Origin: an uncultured Latescibacterota bacterium
GTDB taxonomy: Bacteria; Latescibacterota; UBA2968
Assembly (NCBI GenBank): GCA_951812755.1
Contig: OX638329.1
Location: 5,355,563-5,419,562 of the forward strand
Direction: 5' to 3'
Length of the DNA: 64,000 bases
A program made the translations under genes and the position numbers. This document shows positions 54,962 through 64,000 of the stretch, in pieces. Position 1 is the stretch's first letter; the number at the start of each line of letters is the position of its first letter. The notes under the pieces are model-generated. The model was not told the DNA's origin, did no database searches, and saw nothing but the letters and a program-made list of their open reading frames with translations.

Positions 54962-56077
54962 TCATCTGCGTTCATCTGCGGATTGCTTTGCCTTTCCCAC
55001 AAAAAGATCGAAATATTCTGCAGCAGTCTTATCCCACGTAAATTCAGAACGCACATAATCGCGGGCTTCGCGCTCTATTTGCTCGCGCTCTGTTGCGGAC
55101 AACTCAAAAAATGCGTGAATCTGATCGACAAACGCCTGGTAATCATTGGGCGGGATCAAATAACCGCCCTTACTAACACTCTCTGTAAGCGCATCCACAG
55201 CAAAAGCAACAACGGGCGTAGCATCGTACATACATTCGAGAGGAGCGATACCAAATCCCTCCACATCGTTGGGATAGGGCACATTGGGCATGATAAAAAG
55301 ATCGGCTTCTCCTCTGATAAAACCCAATTCTTCATCGCTTAGATAAAGTAACAACACCCGATCTCGAAGACTGTTTTCTTCCCAAATCTCGCGAATGCGC
55401 TCGGCATCTGGCCCAGAACCGCTAACGATCAGTTTGATATCTCGATCGAGCAACGGCACGCCGCATTCCAAAAATTTGGACACGCCTTTTCGGGGCACTT
55501 GCCTGCCGAAATTTAGAAGAATTTTGTCCCGCCCAAATTGAATACCGTGTTTGGCCTCAAATTGCGCCTTGAGTGTCTCGCGCCGTCCTTCGGGATTACT
55601 CGGCGGATCAATCCCATTATAGACAATATCAATCTTTTCAGCAGGCACTCCCCCCTGAATAGTAATCGCTCTGGTAATTTGACTAACGACAGCCACCCTG
55701 TCACAAAACGAAACCCCAAAGCGCATCATGCGGCTAAATATCGGATTGGAATACGTCATTTCCAAACCGTGAATCGTCACCACAAAACGCATGCGCGTAA
55801 ACAGCCTCAGAAATGGCGCAATAGAACAAATCACACCATCGCTAAAATAAATTGCATCCACCCGCCTGAAAATAATAGAAAAAAAAGAAATAAAAAACGC
55901 ATAAGGCACAAACCAGATAAGATGCAAAAGCGAGTCTCTACCCAATGCGACCAGTCTTACCGAGCACATCTCAACCAGGCGATCATAGAGATTATAACAA
56001 AACGTCTCCACACCACCTATGCTGGGCGGGTAGCGACGCGCGAGAAAAAGGATGCGGGTGCTGTTTTTAGAAGACAT
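54962..56077 (-). CDS. Glycosyltransferase family 4 (GT-B fold)
   Basis: 371 aa. N-terminal GGVETF-type motif and C-terminal EGFGIAPLE. Confidence 0.8.
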   Translation of the reverse strand: MSSKNSTRILFLARRYPPSIGGVETFCYNLYDRLVEMCSVRLVALGRDSLLHLIWFVPYAFFISFFSIIFRRVDAIYFSDGVICSIAPFLRLFTRMRFVVTIHGLEMTYSNPIFSRMMRFGVSFCDRVAVVSQITRAITIQGGVPAEKIDIVYNGIDPPSNPEGRRETLKAQFEAKHGIQFGRDKILLNFGRQVPRKGVSKFLECGVPLLDRDIKLIVSGSGPDAERIREIWEENSLRDRVLLLYLSDEELGFIRGEADLFIMPNVPYPNDVEGFGIAPLECMYDATPVVAFAVDALTESVSKGGYLIPPNDYQAFVDQIHAFFELSATEREQIEREARDYVRSEFTWDKTAAEYFDLFVGKAKQSADERR

Positions 56078-56079
56078 AG

Positions 56080-57135
56080 CTATGCAATATCCGCCTGCTC
56101 ACTGCGCTGAATCAATTCTCGTTCCGCTCGCTTTCGGTCCGCTGCGTTTTCAAGCGGAATAACAGTCGCGCCGGGACAGGGCTTGGGATATAAAATGCGA
56201 CTGGCGCCAGCCTGCTTCATAGCCTCGACAACCGGTTTTGTGTCACACGCAAGCGCGATAATCGTGCCGCCACCCCCTGCGCCGGCGAGCTTTGCGCCCA
56301 GTGCGCCGCCGTCTAATGCAGCCTGAATCAGCCGTTCATTTTCCGGTCCCGATCCGCCCAGATCGCGCTGGATCTCGTGATTCTCAATCATCAGCGCGCC
56401 CAAATGCGCCCAATCTTTGGCGAGAATCGCGCGTTTGCCCATACGCGCCAGATGGGCAACCCGCAAATAACAACGCCTGACCTCTCTATCGCCCTCTAAC
56501 CACCGCTCTCGAATCGGCAGATGGACTGTACCCGACGAGCGCTGGACACCCGTATGCCCCAACACAAAGGGATAATCCCCGACATATTCGTGGAGCGGTT
56601 CAACAGTAGCATAAGGTTCATCGCCAAACGCGCGATAAAATTGTTTGCCATTGAAATCCATATAATTCAAGCCGCCAAACATGCACATATACGCATCTTG
56701 ATACCCGCACAAAGCCATATAGTTCAACTCAATATGCCGCGCCATCTCAGCGCAAAAAAAAGGATGCTCATCGCGTCCCAGAAATGCAAAAATCGCGTTG
56801 AGAATAGACACGCTCATAGCAGATGAACTGGAAAGCCCGGCGGAAAAAGGCACATTGCACGCCCAGCGCAGAGAAAACTTCGCACTGCCGAGATCCAGAA
56901 AATGGACAATAGCCTTAGCCACATCAAAATAGCCGCCATCCGGATACAGATCTTCGGGGCGATGCACTTCAAAGCGCTGCCCGGCAACTTCAAAACTGAG
57001 CACATCGGAAGGCTCAATCAGAACCGCGGCGCGTTCTTGTGTCGAACACGAAATAACGCTGCCACCGTACATATCGGTGGGATTTCCAATAATGCCACAG
57101 CGCCCTGGGGCAGTGGAAAAAAACGCATGGGTCAT
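56080..57135 (-). CDS. GHMP-family sugar kinase
   Basis: 351 aa with a GHMP motif (PFSAGLSSSSAMSVS) and a glycine-rich ATP loop. Confidence 0.75.
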   Translation of the reverse strand: MTHAFFSTAPGRCGIIGNPTDMYGGSVISCSTQERAAVLIEPSDVLSFEVAGQRFEVHRPEDLYPDGGYFDVAKAIVHFLDLGSAKFSLRWACNVPFSAGLSSSSAMSVSILNAIFAFLGRDEHPFFCAEMARHIELNYMALCGYQDAYMCMFGGLNYMDFNGKQFYRAFGDEPYATVEPLHEYVGDYPFVLGHTGVQRSSGTVHLPIRERWLEGDREVRRCYLRVAHLARMGKRAILAKDWAHLGALMIENHEIQRDLGGSGPENERLIQAALDGGALGAKLAGAGGGGTIIALACDTKPVVEAMKQAGASRILYPKPCPGATVIPLENAADRKRAERELIQRSEQADIA

Positions 57136-58037
57136 TAGAATTGTCTCAGGCGCTTTTGCAGGTACTGCCGGAGAAGGTACCCATAGCGCTGATCAAAGAG
57201 GGTAAAATCAATGAAGGATTTGAAATACGACTCAAAATCGCCGATATCGTAGCGCAATTCTTCGGGATACAACTTGATACAACGAACAGAGTGTCCCATT
57301 TTGATAAGCGTCGAAATCGCATCTGTAAGCTCGAGCTTGCCCCTGTAACTGGGAGATGTGCGCTTGAGAGCAGTAAAAATTTCGGGATTAAAAATATAAC
57401 GCGCAGCCACACCGAGATTGCTCGGTGCATTTTCCGGTGCGGGCTTTTCCACAATATGCGCGATCTCAAAATCGTCTTCAGACTCACCATTCACAGGCTC
57501 GACAATACCATACTGGTTTTCTTCGCCCTGGAGCACTTCAACAACCGCAATAGTACAACTGGACCCATTTTCGCGGTGCGATTTGATCATCCGCCGCACG
57601 AGACCCGCATGATTGCCCGACTTTATAATCGTATCGCCAAACGCGACCACAAAGGGCTCGCCAGCAACAAAGTCCTCAGCCCTGCTAATAGCATCTCCTA
57701 TGCCCGCGGGCGTAATATGACCGGAAGGGATAATTTGTCGCGTATAGAAAAATTTGACCCCTTCTCTTTCATAATCGAGTTCATCGAGTGTGTGATCGCT
57801 CTCCGAGAGATAATTCTGCAATTCCGGATCCCGATCAAAATGATCTTCTATCGTGCGCTTATCCTTTCCCGTCACAAAGAGTATCTTCTTTAACCCTTGC
57901 TCAATCATCTCTTCAACCACATACTGAACCACGGGTTTTCGTCCCACTGGCAACATCTCTTTGGGTTGAGATTTGGTCGCAGGCAACAGACTCGTCCCCA
58001 AACCGGCAACCGGAATAACGACTTTTTCAATCTCCAT
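57135..58037 (-). CDS. galU: UTP-glucose-1-phosphate uridylyltransferase-like nucleotidyltransferase
   Basis: Sequence KVVIPVAGLGTSLLPATKSQPKEMLPV matches the GalU N-terminal signature. Start taken at MEIEK; the track ORF extends to 58055. Confidence 0.8.
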   Translation of the reverse strand: MEIEKVVIPVAGLGTSLLPATKSQPKEMLPVGRKPVVQYVVEEMIEQGLKKILFVTGKDKRTIEDHFDRDPELQNYLSESDHTLDELDYEREGVKFFYTRQIIPSGHITPAGIGDAISRAEDFVAGEPFVVAFGDTIIKSGNHAGLVRRMIKSHRENGSSCTIAVVEVLQGEENQYGIVEPVNGESEDDFEIAHIVEKPAPENAPSNLGVAARYIFNPEIFTALKRTSPSYRGKLELTDAISTLIKMGHSVRCIKLYPEELRYDIGDFESYFKSFIDFTLFDQRYGYLLRQYLQKRLRQF

Positions 58038-58066
58038 AGCGCGATGCTCCTCCAAATGCCAAACGC

Positions 58067-59086
58067 TTGACAGAGTGCAAATTGTCCCTTAGAATATCAG
58101 TCAAAATAACGGTAGAGCCTTGTAGAACGCAAGGTAAAAGCAGAGAACTTATCATGTTAAACAAACAAATAACAGATCCTCGCGCGTGGACTGCCGAGAC
58201 AATTGATGCGTCTTCTGAATGGTATTACACCTTATCCGAACGCTATTTATCTGCATTGGATAGCGAAGTGCGGAAAGCGGGCGCAATATCTGATCTCCGC
58301 GTTTCCAATACCATCGCTTGTGCGCCGTGTCTCCGGCCCGTCTCAGAGGCATTACAAACCGGACGCGGATTTGCCATCATTGAGCATTTACCCATAGAAT
58401 ATTACACACTGGACGAAGCACGCGCCGTATATTGGATGATCGGACAGTGTTTGGGCGTGCCCTTTGAACAAAATATCGAAGGCACACTACTCTACGACGT
58501 GCGAGACACCGGACGAGATGTAAAATCGGGCGCGCGTTTTTCTGTAACCAACGCAGAAAGTTCGTTTCACACAGATGGTGCGTTTGGAACGCAAGTACCC
58601 GAAATAGTAGGCTTGCTATGTATCAAAACCGCGCGGTCGGGTGGGCGCAGCCAACTGATCAGTGCCTGTGCAGTACACAATATATTACACCGACAAGCCC
58701 CTGATGTTCTAAACACACTTTACTCATCTTTCTATTTTGACCGACGCGGACAATATCTCCCGGGCGAAGCACCAATAACAAAAACGCCCATTTTTTCCTG
58801 GGATAAACAAACACTAATGATGCGCTACCTGCATTATTATATCCAGGTGGGACATCGAGAAGCAGATGTACCACTCACGTCAGAACAAGAGCGCGCACTA
58901 CAAGCCGTTGGAGACATATTAAAGCGTCCCGAAATACGTGTGGAATTTAATCTCACCCCAGGACAAATGCTATTTACCAACAACAAATGGATCCTGCACA
59001 ATCGAACGGCATTTGAAGACCATCCAGACCCAGACCAAAGACGACACTATGTGCGACTATGGCTAAAAAACAACACAAGGAGATAA
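58067..59086 (+). CDS. TauD/TfdA-family Fe(II)/2-oxoglutarate dioxygenase
   Basis: 339 aa with an HTD…H facial triad (FHTDGAF … H near the C-terminus). Confidence 0.7.
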   Translation: MTECKLSLRISVKITVEPCRTQGKSRELIMLNKQITDPRAWTAETIDASSEWYYTLSERYLSALDSEVRKAGAISDLRVSNTIACAPCLRPVSEALQTGRGFAIIEHLPIEYYTLDEARAVYWMIGQCLGVPFEQNIEGTLLYDVRDTGRDVKSGARFSVTNAESSFHTDGAFGTQVPEIVGLLCIKTARSGGRSQLISACAVHNILHRQAPDVLNTLYSSFYFDRRGQYLPGEAPITKTPIFSWDKQTLMMRYLHYYIQVGHREADVPLTSEQERALQAVGDILKRPEIRVEFNLTPGQMLFTNNKWILHNRTAFEDHPDPDQRRHYVRLWLKNNTRR

Positions 59087-59088
59087 TA

Positions 59089-59973
59089 ATGTCAACCTTC
59101 ACAGTTGGCCTACTCAGCCCCGGAGACATGGGACATGTCGTCGGACAAGTGGCAATCGCCTCTGGCGCTCGGGTAATAACCTGCTTGAATGGCCGCAGTG
59201 AGCGCACGCGCAAGCTCGCAGAAATAGCGGGTATCGAAGACGTACCCACATATTCCGATCTCGTGCGCGAAGCCTCACTCGTAATATGCATTCTCGTACC
59301 CGCAGCAGCAGAATCGGTAGCCACTCGCGTGGCTGACGCCCTGAAAGAGACAGATGAACAAATTGTATATACCGACTGCAATGCAATAGCCCCGACAACA
59401 ACTGTGCACATAGGAAAAATAATCGAAACCGCGGGCAGTGTATTTGTCGATGCGGGTATTATCGGCGGACCGCCGCGCCAACCTGGGGGTACGCGGTTTT
59501 ACTGTTCGGGCCCAGACACATCGGGCTTTGAAAAATTGAACAATTACGGGCTGGACGTGCGAAAAGTCGGCGATGAGATCGGACAGGCATCGGGATTAAA
59601 AATGTGCTATGCCGCACAGACCAAAGGAACGACCGCGCTACAAACGGAACTGCTCATCGCCGCGCGGCGCATGGGCCTGTACGAAGGATTGATCGCGGAG
59701 TGGGAAATGAGTCAGAAAGACCGGTTGGCGGGTATGGAGCGGGGCTTGCCGGGAATGCCGACCAAAGCAAAGCGGTGGATAGGTGAAATGGAAGAAATTG
59801 CCAAAACCTTTGGCGATTTGGGACTCACGCCAAAAATATACGAAGGCGCCGCAGACATGTACCGACTCGTCAGCGAAACACCACTGGCAGACGAAGCACC
59901 TGAAACCCGAGACAAGAGCCGATCACTCGCGCAGGTCATCGATATATTTGCCGAGCAATCTAAAAGTAAATAG
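59089..59973 (+). CDS. NAD(P)-binding oxidoreductase (6-phosphogluconate-dehydrogenase-like NAD-binding domain, DUF1932-type)
   Basis: N-terminal Rossmann motif VGLLSPGDMGHVVG and a C-terminal helical domain. Start taken at MSTF; the track ORF starts at 59059. Confidence 0.65.
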   Translation: MSTFTVGLLSPGDMGHVVGQVAIASGARVITCLNGRSERTRKLAEIAGIEDVPTYSDLVREASLVICILVPAAAESVATRVADALKETDEQIVYTDCNAIAPTTTVHIGKIIETAGSVFVDAGIIGGPPRQPGGTRFYCSGPDTSGFEKLNNYGLDVRKVGDEIGQASGLKMCYAAQTKGTTALQTELLIAARRMGLYEGLIAEWEMSQKDRLAGMERGLPGMPTKAKRWIGEMEEIAKTFGDLGLTPKIYEGAADMYRLVSETPLADEAPETRDKSRSLAQVIDIFAEQSKSK

Positions 59974-59988
59974 ATTACAAGTTATTGA

Positions 59989-60211
59989 CTGATGTTACGC
60001 ATGTCTGGGGTTTTGTCATGCTGAGCGGAGTGAAACGGAGCCGAAGCATCTGTTCCACCTGTGTTGGTAGGAGATGAACTGGCCTGAGGATGGTGTACAA
60101 CGAGCCGCTTTTCAGGCTCGTTCACCGGCCAGTTGTACCCCGCTCCTTCGACTCCGCTGCGCTTCGCTCAGAATGACAGGCGCATTGTATTGTACCTATG
60201 CGTAACGTCAG
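59989..60211 (-). mobile_element. Miniature inverted-repeat transposable element, family B copy 2 (223 bp, inverted relative to copy 1)
   Basis: Terminal inverted repeats CTGATGTTACGCA … TGCGTAACGTCAG flanked by the 7-bp direct repeat TTATTGA (59982-59988 and 60212-60218). About 90% identical to 23608-23854 apart from a 26-bp indel or so. Confidence 0.8.
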
Positions 60212-60219
60212 TTATTGAT

Positions 60220-60474
60220 ATGGCGTATGAGATGACAGAACATGCGCGTGATAGTTTGCGTAAGCGTCCCAATATTCGTACAGAGTGGATTGAAAGCGTA
60301 CTTGACCATCCCGAGCGCGTGGACCCCGATAAACATGACCCAGAATTAGAACACCGATTAGGGCGAATTCGGGAATATGATGGCCGAGTATTGCGTGTGA
60401 TCGTAAAAAAAGATACATTTCCGTTAAAAATCATCACATGCTATTTTGATCGCAATATGCGGAGGCAATTATGA
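60220..60474 (+). CDS. DUF4258-family protein (putative toxin-like component)
   Basis: 85 aa from ATG 60220 (MAYEMTEHARDSLRKR…). The track ORF's 5' extension lies inside the transposon. Overlaps the downstream DUF2283 gene by 4 nt. Confidence 0.6.
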   Translation: MAYEMTEHARDSLRKRPNIRTEWIESVLDHPERVDPDKHDPELEHRLGRIREYDGRVLRVIVKKDTFPLKIITCYFDRNMRRQL

Positions 60475-60689
60475 AATTAAAAATAGATGAAGAAGCTGAT
60501 GCTCTTCACCTTCAACTGGTAAATATTCCTGTTGAGGAGTCAGAGGAAGTTGCGCCTGGTGTCATCATCGACTACGATGCATCTGAACAGGTCGTCGGTC
60601 TTGAAATTTTGTATCTCTCCAAAAGAGAACAACCGATCAATCTTATGGATTTTCAATTTGAGACACGACCCAAAAAGTTAGCACGTTAA
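60471..60689 (+). CDS. DUF2283-family protein (putative partner of the DUF4258 protein)
   Basis: 72 aa (MKLKIDEEADALHLQL…VGLEILY). The DUF4258/DUF2283 gene pair is a recurrent two-gene module. Confidence 0.6.
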   Translation: MKLKIDEEADALHLQLVNIPVEESEEVAPGVIIDYDASEQVVGLEILYLSKREQPINLMDFQFETRPKKLAR

Positions 60690-60901
60690 GGTATAACAGG
60701 CAGTTCATCACCATGACGCGACGCAGAAAGAATCCAGTCTTGAAGTGCTGCCGCAAGTTCCTGACGGCATTCTTCAAGTGTCTGTCCAAAAGCAATCGTA
60801 CCTGGACATTTGGGAATTTCGCCAGAGAATGAGCTATCATCCAACTCTTCATAGATGGCGTATGTTAATGCCGCATTGATGTAGTCTTGAACCATCCTCA
60901 T
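60686..60901 (-). CDS. HicB-like (UPF0150) antitoxin-fold protein, with no HicA partner adjacent
   Basis: C-terminal 70 aa or so: MRMVQDYINAALTYAIYEELDDSSFSGEIPKCPGTIAFGQTLEECRQELAAALQDWIL… The track ORF extends to 61066, but that extension is non-conserved. Confidence 0.6.
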   Translation of the reverse strand: MRMVQDYINAALTYAIYEELDDSSFSGEIPKCPGTIAFGQTLEECRQELAAALQDWILSASRHGDELPVIP

Positions 60902-61119
60902 CTCCTTTGAAGTGTCTGGTAAGTTTACGCGATTTGTGAAGCGATAGCAAGACAAATGCATAATAATTGTGAACACAAAAAAAATTCCCTCTCCTATTAA
61001 ATGGAAAAGGGGTTTATTTTTTATAAAGATATGCCCAATGTCAAATTGACTTTTCGATGGTGACAAGCTATATTACGCGGTCATAATAAGTACGTGAAAC
61101 TTTAGACCGGGGAGACCAA

Positions 61120-62163
61120 GTGAAAGCAGCACAAATCGTCGCACCCAGACGCATCGTGGTCGTCGAAACAGACGAACCACAACTCATGGGTGCCGGACAA
61201 GTAAAAATCCAACTGGAACGGGCCTGTCTTTGCGGTTCTGACGTGCCATTATGGGATTACGACCACAATGAACTGGCAGAAAGCGCGCGCCTCAACCCGC
61301 GCAAAGCAAAACACGTACCATTTGTCGATTATGTCAATGGGGATCCGTATCCCCTGCGCGTCGGCCTCTCGATTCACGAATGCCTCGGCACAGTAGTTGA
61401 ATCGACATCTGACCAATTTCAAACTGGCGATTTTGTACTTGCATTGCCCGAAGCACATACGGGATTGAGCGAATATATTTGCGCCCTCGATAGCCGAACC
61501 ATTCCACTGCCAAAAGGTGCTGTACCCGACGAACAAATTCTGATGACCCAACCCCTGGGCACAGTCGTATGGGCGTGTCAAAAACTGGGCAATATCGTCG
61601 ATAGTGATGTGGCAATTGTCGGACAAGGCCCTATGGGATTGATGTTCACGCACATGCTGGCCAATTTGGGCGCGCGAACCGTAATTGGACTCGACAAATT
61701 GGATTACCGCTTACACACCGCAAAAGAAATGCACGCAACCCATACTGTCAACGTCGATAAAGTCGATCCCGTGGAAGCCATCCGCGAGATCACCAACGGC
61801 AAAATGGCGGATCTGGTGGTCGAAGCGGTCGGCCATCAGACAAAAACGCTCAATTCATGCATGGAACTCGTGCGCCACATGGGCACACTGCTGTGCTTTG
61901 GCGTGCCAGATGATGCGTATTACCCATTTGCATATCCCGAGTTTTTTAGATTAAATCTCAACCTGATTTCTACAGTTGGGCCCAATGTAGTGCCCAATTT
62001 TTCTCTTGCCCGCGACCTGATCGCACAAGGACGTGTTGACGTGGCACCTCTGGTAACACATGTGCTACCCTTTGAACAGATTCAGCACGGGTATGAGTTA
62101 TTTACCGATCGCCTGGATGGGGCCATTAAAGTGGTTATCGATTACAATTCGCTGCGGACCTGA
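61120..62163 (+). CDS. Zinc-dependent medium-chain alcohol dehydrogenase family protein
   Basis: 347 aa. Catalytic Zn motif CLCGSD and Rossmann motif VGQGPMG. Confidence 0.85.
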   Translation: MKAAQIVAPRRIVVVETDEPQLMGAGQVKIQLERACLCGSDVPLWDYDHNELAESARLNPRKAKHVPFVDYVNGDPYPLRVGLSIHECLGTVVESTSDQFQTGDFVLALPEAHTGLSEYICALDSRTIPLPKGAVPDEQILMTQPLGTVVWACQKLGNIVDSDVAIVGQGPMGLMFTHMLANLGARTVIGLDKLDYRLHTAKEMHATHTVNVDKVDPVEAIREITNGKMADLVVEAVGHQTKTLNSCMELVRHMGTLLCFGVPDDAYYPFAYPEFFRLNLNLISTVGPNVVPNFSLARDLIAQGRVDVAPLVTHVLPFEQIQHGYELFTDRLDGAIKVVIDYNSLRT

Positions 62164-62215
62164 CCAGCGGGACAACTTTGACAAACACAAAAGGAGGTTT
62201 TTACTTGTGGCAGCA

Positions 62216-63793
62216 ATGTTTGAATACGGCGCAGTGGTAGGACAACCCGAATCTGATTCTGCGGCTGTAAGCATATTGAGAAAGGGTGGCAATGCAGTTG
62301 ATGCCGCTGTAACAGCGGCATTTCTCGCGTGTGTTCTATCACCTAAATCCTGCGGAATTGGCGGTTATGGCGGCGCGATGACCGCTTATATTGATGGCAA
62401 AGTCGTCTGCGTTGACTTTAATACTGTCGCGCCCAAAGAGGCCCATGACAGAATGTTTCGCGTAACGCGCTCCGATGGGCGATTTGGTTCTGCTGTCAGC
62501 GGTTATGCCAATGCAATAGGTTATAAGGCGATCTCCGTTCCCGGCGTACTGGCAGGTCTTGCTCTGGCTCTGGAAAAGTTCGGCAAAATGCCACTATCCG
62601 AAGTACTCGCACCTGCTATTCGCGCATGTGAACGCGGTTTTCGGGTATCGGCAAACTACGCTGCGGGTGTTGCCCAAAGCGAAGCGCGCATTCGCGAATT
62701 CCCAGAAACAGCCCGCTTATTGATGATCAGTGGCGAAGTGCCCAAGAGTGGAGACCGTGCGCAAAACCCCTATTTGGGCAGAATGCTCAGTCAGATTGCA
62801 GACAAAGGCGTACGTGAATTTTATGAGGGACGCATCGCAGAGCGCATTGTCAAACACATTCGGGATAACGGGGGGATTTTAACCCGAGATGATCTGGCAA
62901 ATTACGAAGCTCAGATCGTTGACCCCGTACAAACGGCTTGCTTGGAATACGATGTGTACAGTTCGCCCCTTTGCAGTGCTGGATTGAGCCTGGCACAAAT
63001 GTGTGCCATAGCCGACGAAGCCGAATTAGATCTCTACGCGCGAGACTCCGCCCGATTGGCCCACGGCATGATTGAAATTATTCGCGCAGCATGGATGGAC
63101 CGCTATCGGCATTTTGGCGATCCAAAGCAAATACCTGTAGATACAGACATGTTGATGTCGGATATCAATATCGGTGCAAACGCCAAAGAAATTGCCACTT
63201 ATATTGCCGAAGGAAAACGCGGTCAATCATTATTGCGACCGTTTTATACGGGTGGCACGACACATATTTGCACAATAGACGCGCAAAGCAATATGGTCGC
63301 GCTTACCCTCACACACGGACCGGGCTATGGGTCTTTTGTAACAATTCCTCGCATGGGTCTATTGCTAAATGCGGGCATGTCGCGATTTGATCCCGGGGGA
63401 GGCTTAAAAAACTCAATTGCCCCCGGCAGAGCACCAATTATGAACATGTGCCCAACCATTGTGGTGCAAGATGGCGAGCCTGTCCTGACTGTGGGCGCAT
63501 CTGGTGGCACGCGCATCCCATCGTCTGTCTTTCAGGTTTTGGCGCGAAGATTAGTACTCGACGAAGACCCCGAATGGTCCATCGCAGCCCCTCGGGTACA
63601 TTCCGAAGGCAATGAATGGGTAGGCATAGAAGAAGAGTTCGGCGAAGCTGCGCCAGACTACCTCAAGTCAACCGGTTACAAAATAAATACAAAGGGCGCA
63701 GTCGCCGCCAATGTTCGGATGATTGAGATCGTGGAAGAAGGATTGCTGGCTATGTACGATCCGCGCATGAAGGCGCGAGAAAAAGGGTATTAA
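62216..63793 (+). CDS. ggt: Gamma-glutamyltransferase
   Basis: The track ORF starts at 62060; the probable start is the ATG at about 62216 (MFEYGAV…). Autoprocessing-site region (…GGTTHICTIDAQSNMVALT…) and full-length GGT similarity. Confidence 0.85.
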   Translation: MFEYGAVVGQPESDSAAVSILRKGGNAVDAAVTAAFLACVLSPKSCGIGGYGGAMTAYIDGKVVCVDFNTVAPKEAHDRMFRVTRSDGRFGSAVSGYANAIGYKAISVPGVLAGLALALEKFGKMPLSEVLAPAIRACERGFRVSANYAAGVAQSEARIREFPETARLLMISGEVPKSGDRAQNPYLGRMLSQIADKGVREFYEGRIAERIVKHIRDNGGILTRDDLANYEAQIVDPVQTACLEYDVYSSPLCSAGLSLAQMCAIADEAELDLYARDSARLAHGMIEIIRAAWMDRYRHFGDPKQIPVDTDMLMSDINIGANAKEIATYIAEGKRGQSLLRPFYTGGTTHICTIDAQSNMVALTLTHGPGYGSFVTIPRMGLLLNAGMSRFDPGGGLKNSIAPGRAPIMNMCPTIVVQDGEPVLTVGASGGTRIPSSVFQVLARRLVLDEDPEWSIAAPRVHSEGNEWVGIEEEFGEAAPDYLKSTGYKINTKGAVAANVRMIEIVEEGLLAMYDPRMKAREKGY

Positions 63794-63890
63794 ATGTAGG
63801 TGGCGGTTGAACTGCTATCGCAGTTGTACATCACTCCAAACCGCCACCTACCCTCACGTCATACGTCTCACCTTTTAAGGAGAGCACTCA

Positions 63891-64000
63891 TGGAAAACTA
63901 TCCCTTTGGCAGTGGGCGTCCCGATCCAGCATCGTTTCCCAAGCGGGAATTGGCCGAAGCCGCCATGCGTATTTTGCCCGAGATGGGCAATGAACTGGCA
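63891..64000 (+). CDS. PLP-dependent aminotransferase, partial 5' end (runs off the window)
   Basis: MENYPFGSGRPDPASFPKRELAEAAMRIL… resembles aminotransferase class I/II (MocR-like) N-termini. Confidence 0.5.

Noticed and set aside
53251-55041. 596-aa + strand ORF, rich in Arg/His/Asn/Thr
   Set aside because: It lies entirely antisense to the well-supported TPP-enzyme and GT4 genes. Its low-complexity composition is typical of shadow ORFs opposite coding sequence, and it has no recognisable motifs.
60133-60219. 5' extension of the DUF4258 ORF
   Set aside because: The extension is encoded by the transposon copy 2 terminal region. The ATG at 60220 just outside the target-site duplication is the plausible start.
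60902-61066. N-terminal 55 aa of the 126-aa track ORF containing the HicB-like domain
   Set aside because: Hydrophobic, non-conserved and not part of the HicB fold. An internal Met starts the conserved domain.

Overview
The window is a 64 kb chromosomal segment that most plausibly comes from a marine polysaccharide-degrading bacterium. Two Cys-type sulfatases, a GH29 fucosidase and several PhyH-family dioxygenases give a PVC-group/Planctomycetota-like flavour, but phylum is not provable from sequence alone. The 1.7-20.5 kb, 37.6-41 kb and 49-59.9 kb segments hold ordinary metabolic and housekeeping genes (sulfatases, fucosidase, purT, mnmA, pheA, an HDAC-like deacetylase, a LutB/LutA-type Fe-S oxidoreductase, PBP1A, a TPP enzyme, a GT4 glycosyltransferase, a GHMP kinase, a GalU-like nucleotidyltransferase, a TauD-like dioxygenase). 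Nested between them are accessory regions. The most interesting one lies at about 20.8-34.3 kb. It starts with a GntR regulator, an ABC ATPase and a polytopic permease. A 247-bp miniature transposon, a CPBP (Abi-type) intramembrane protease and a remnant duplicate of the ATPase gene fused to a paralogous permease follow. Next is a roughly 1600-aa regulator that fuses a Ser/Thr kinase, an NTPase, TPR repeats, a GAF domain, a sigma-54 activator domain and an HTH. Downstream are two perfect 20-bp palindromes (GTGCATCC-N4-GGATGCAC) and a canonical sigma-54 promoter (GGCACG-N4-TTGCA). The promoter drives an unannotated 59-aa peptide gene followed by a radical-SAM/SPASM enzyme with an N-terminal RRE-like extension, then a terminator and a second, sensor-less (PspF-like) sigma-54 activator. 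I read this as a previously undescribed sigma-54-controlled RiPP-like peptide-maturase system with its own regulators and a candidate export/immunity module. Other notable items: a non-autonomous transposable element present twice (23.6 kb and 60.0 kb, inverted), each copy with 13-bp terminal inverted repeats and a different 7-bp target-site duplication; a second roughly 110-bp repeat family (5.3 kb and 20.7 kb, inverted) with conserved stems and variable loops; an EndoQ-like PHP nuclease fused to a UvrD-type helicase (1092 aa); a small defence/TA islet (Rpn nuclease plus two standalone Rpn C-terminal fragments, an HNH protein, BrnT/BrnA and a truncated tgt remnant); a DUF4258/DUF2283 pair plus a HicB-like orphan next to the second transposon copy; and a YhcG-type nuclease islet next to a pseudogenised 5' fragment of a second fucosidase copy. 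Coordinates taken from the ORF track are exact; coordinates I derived by hand (promoters, repeats, the small peptide, refined starts) may be off by 1-2 nt.
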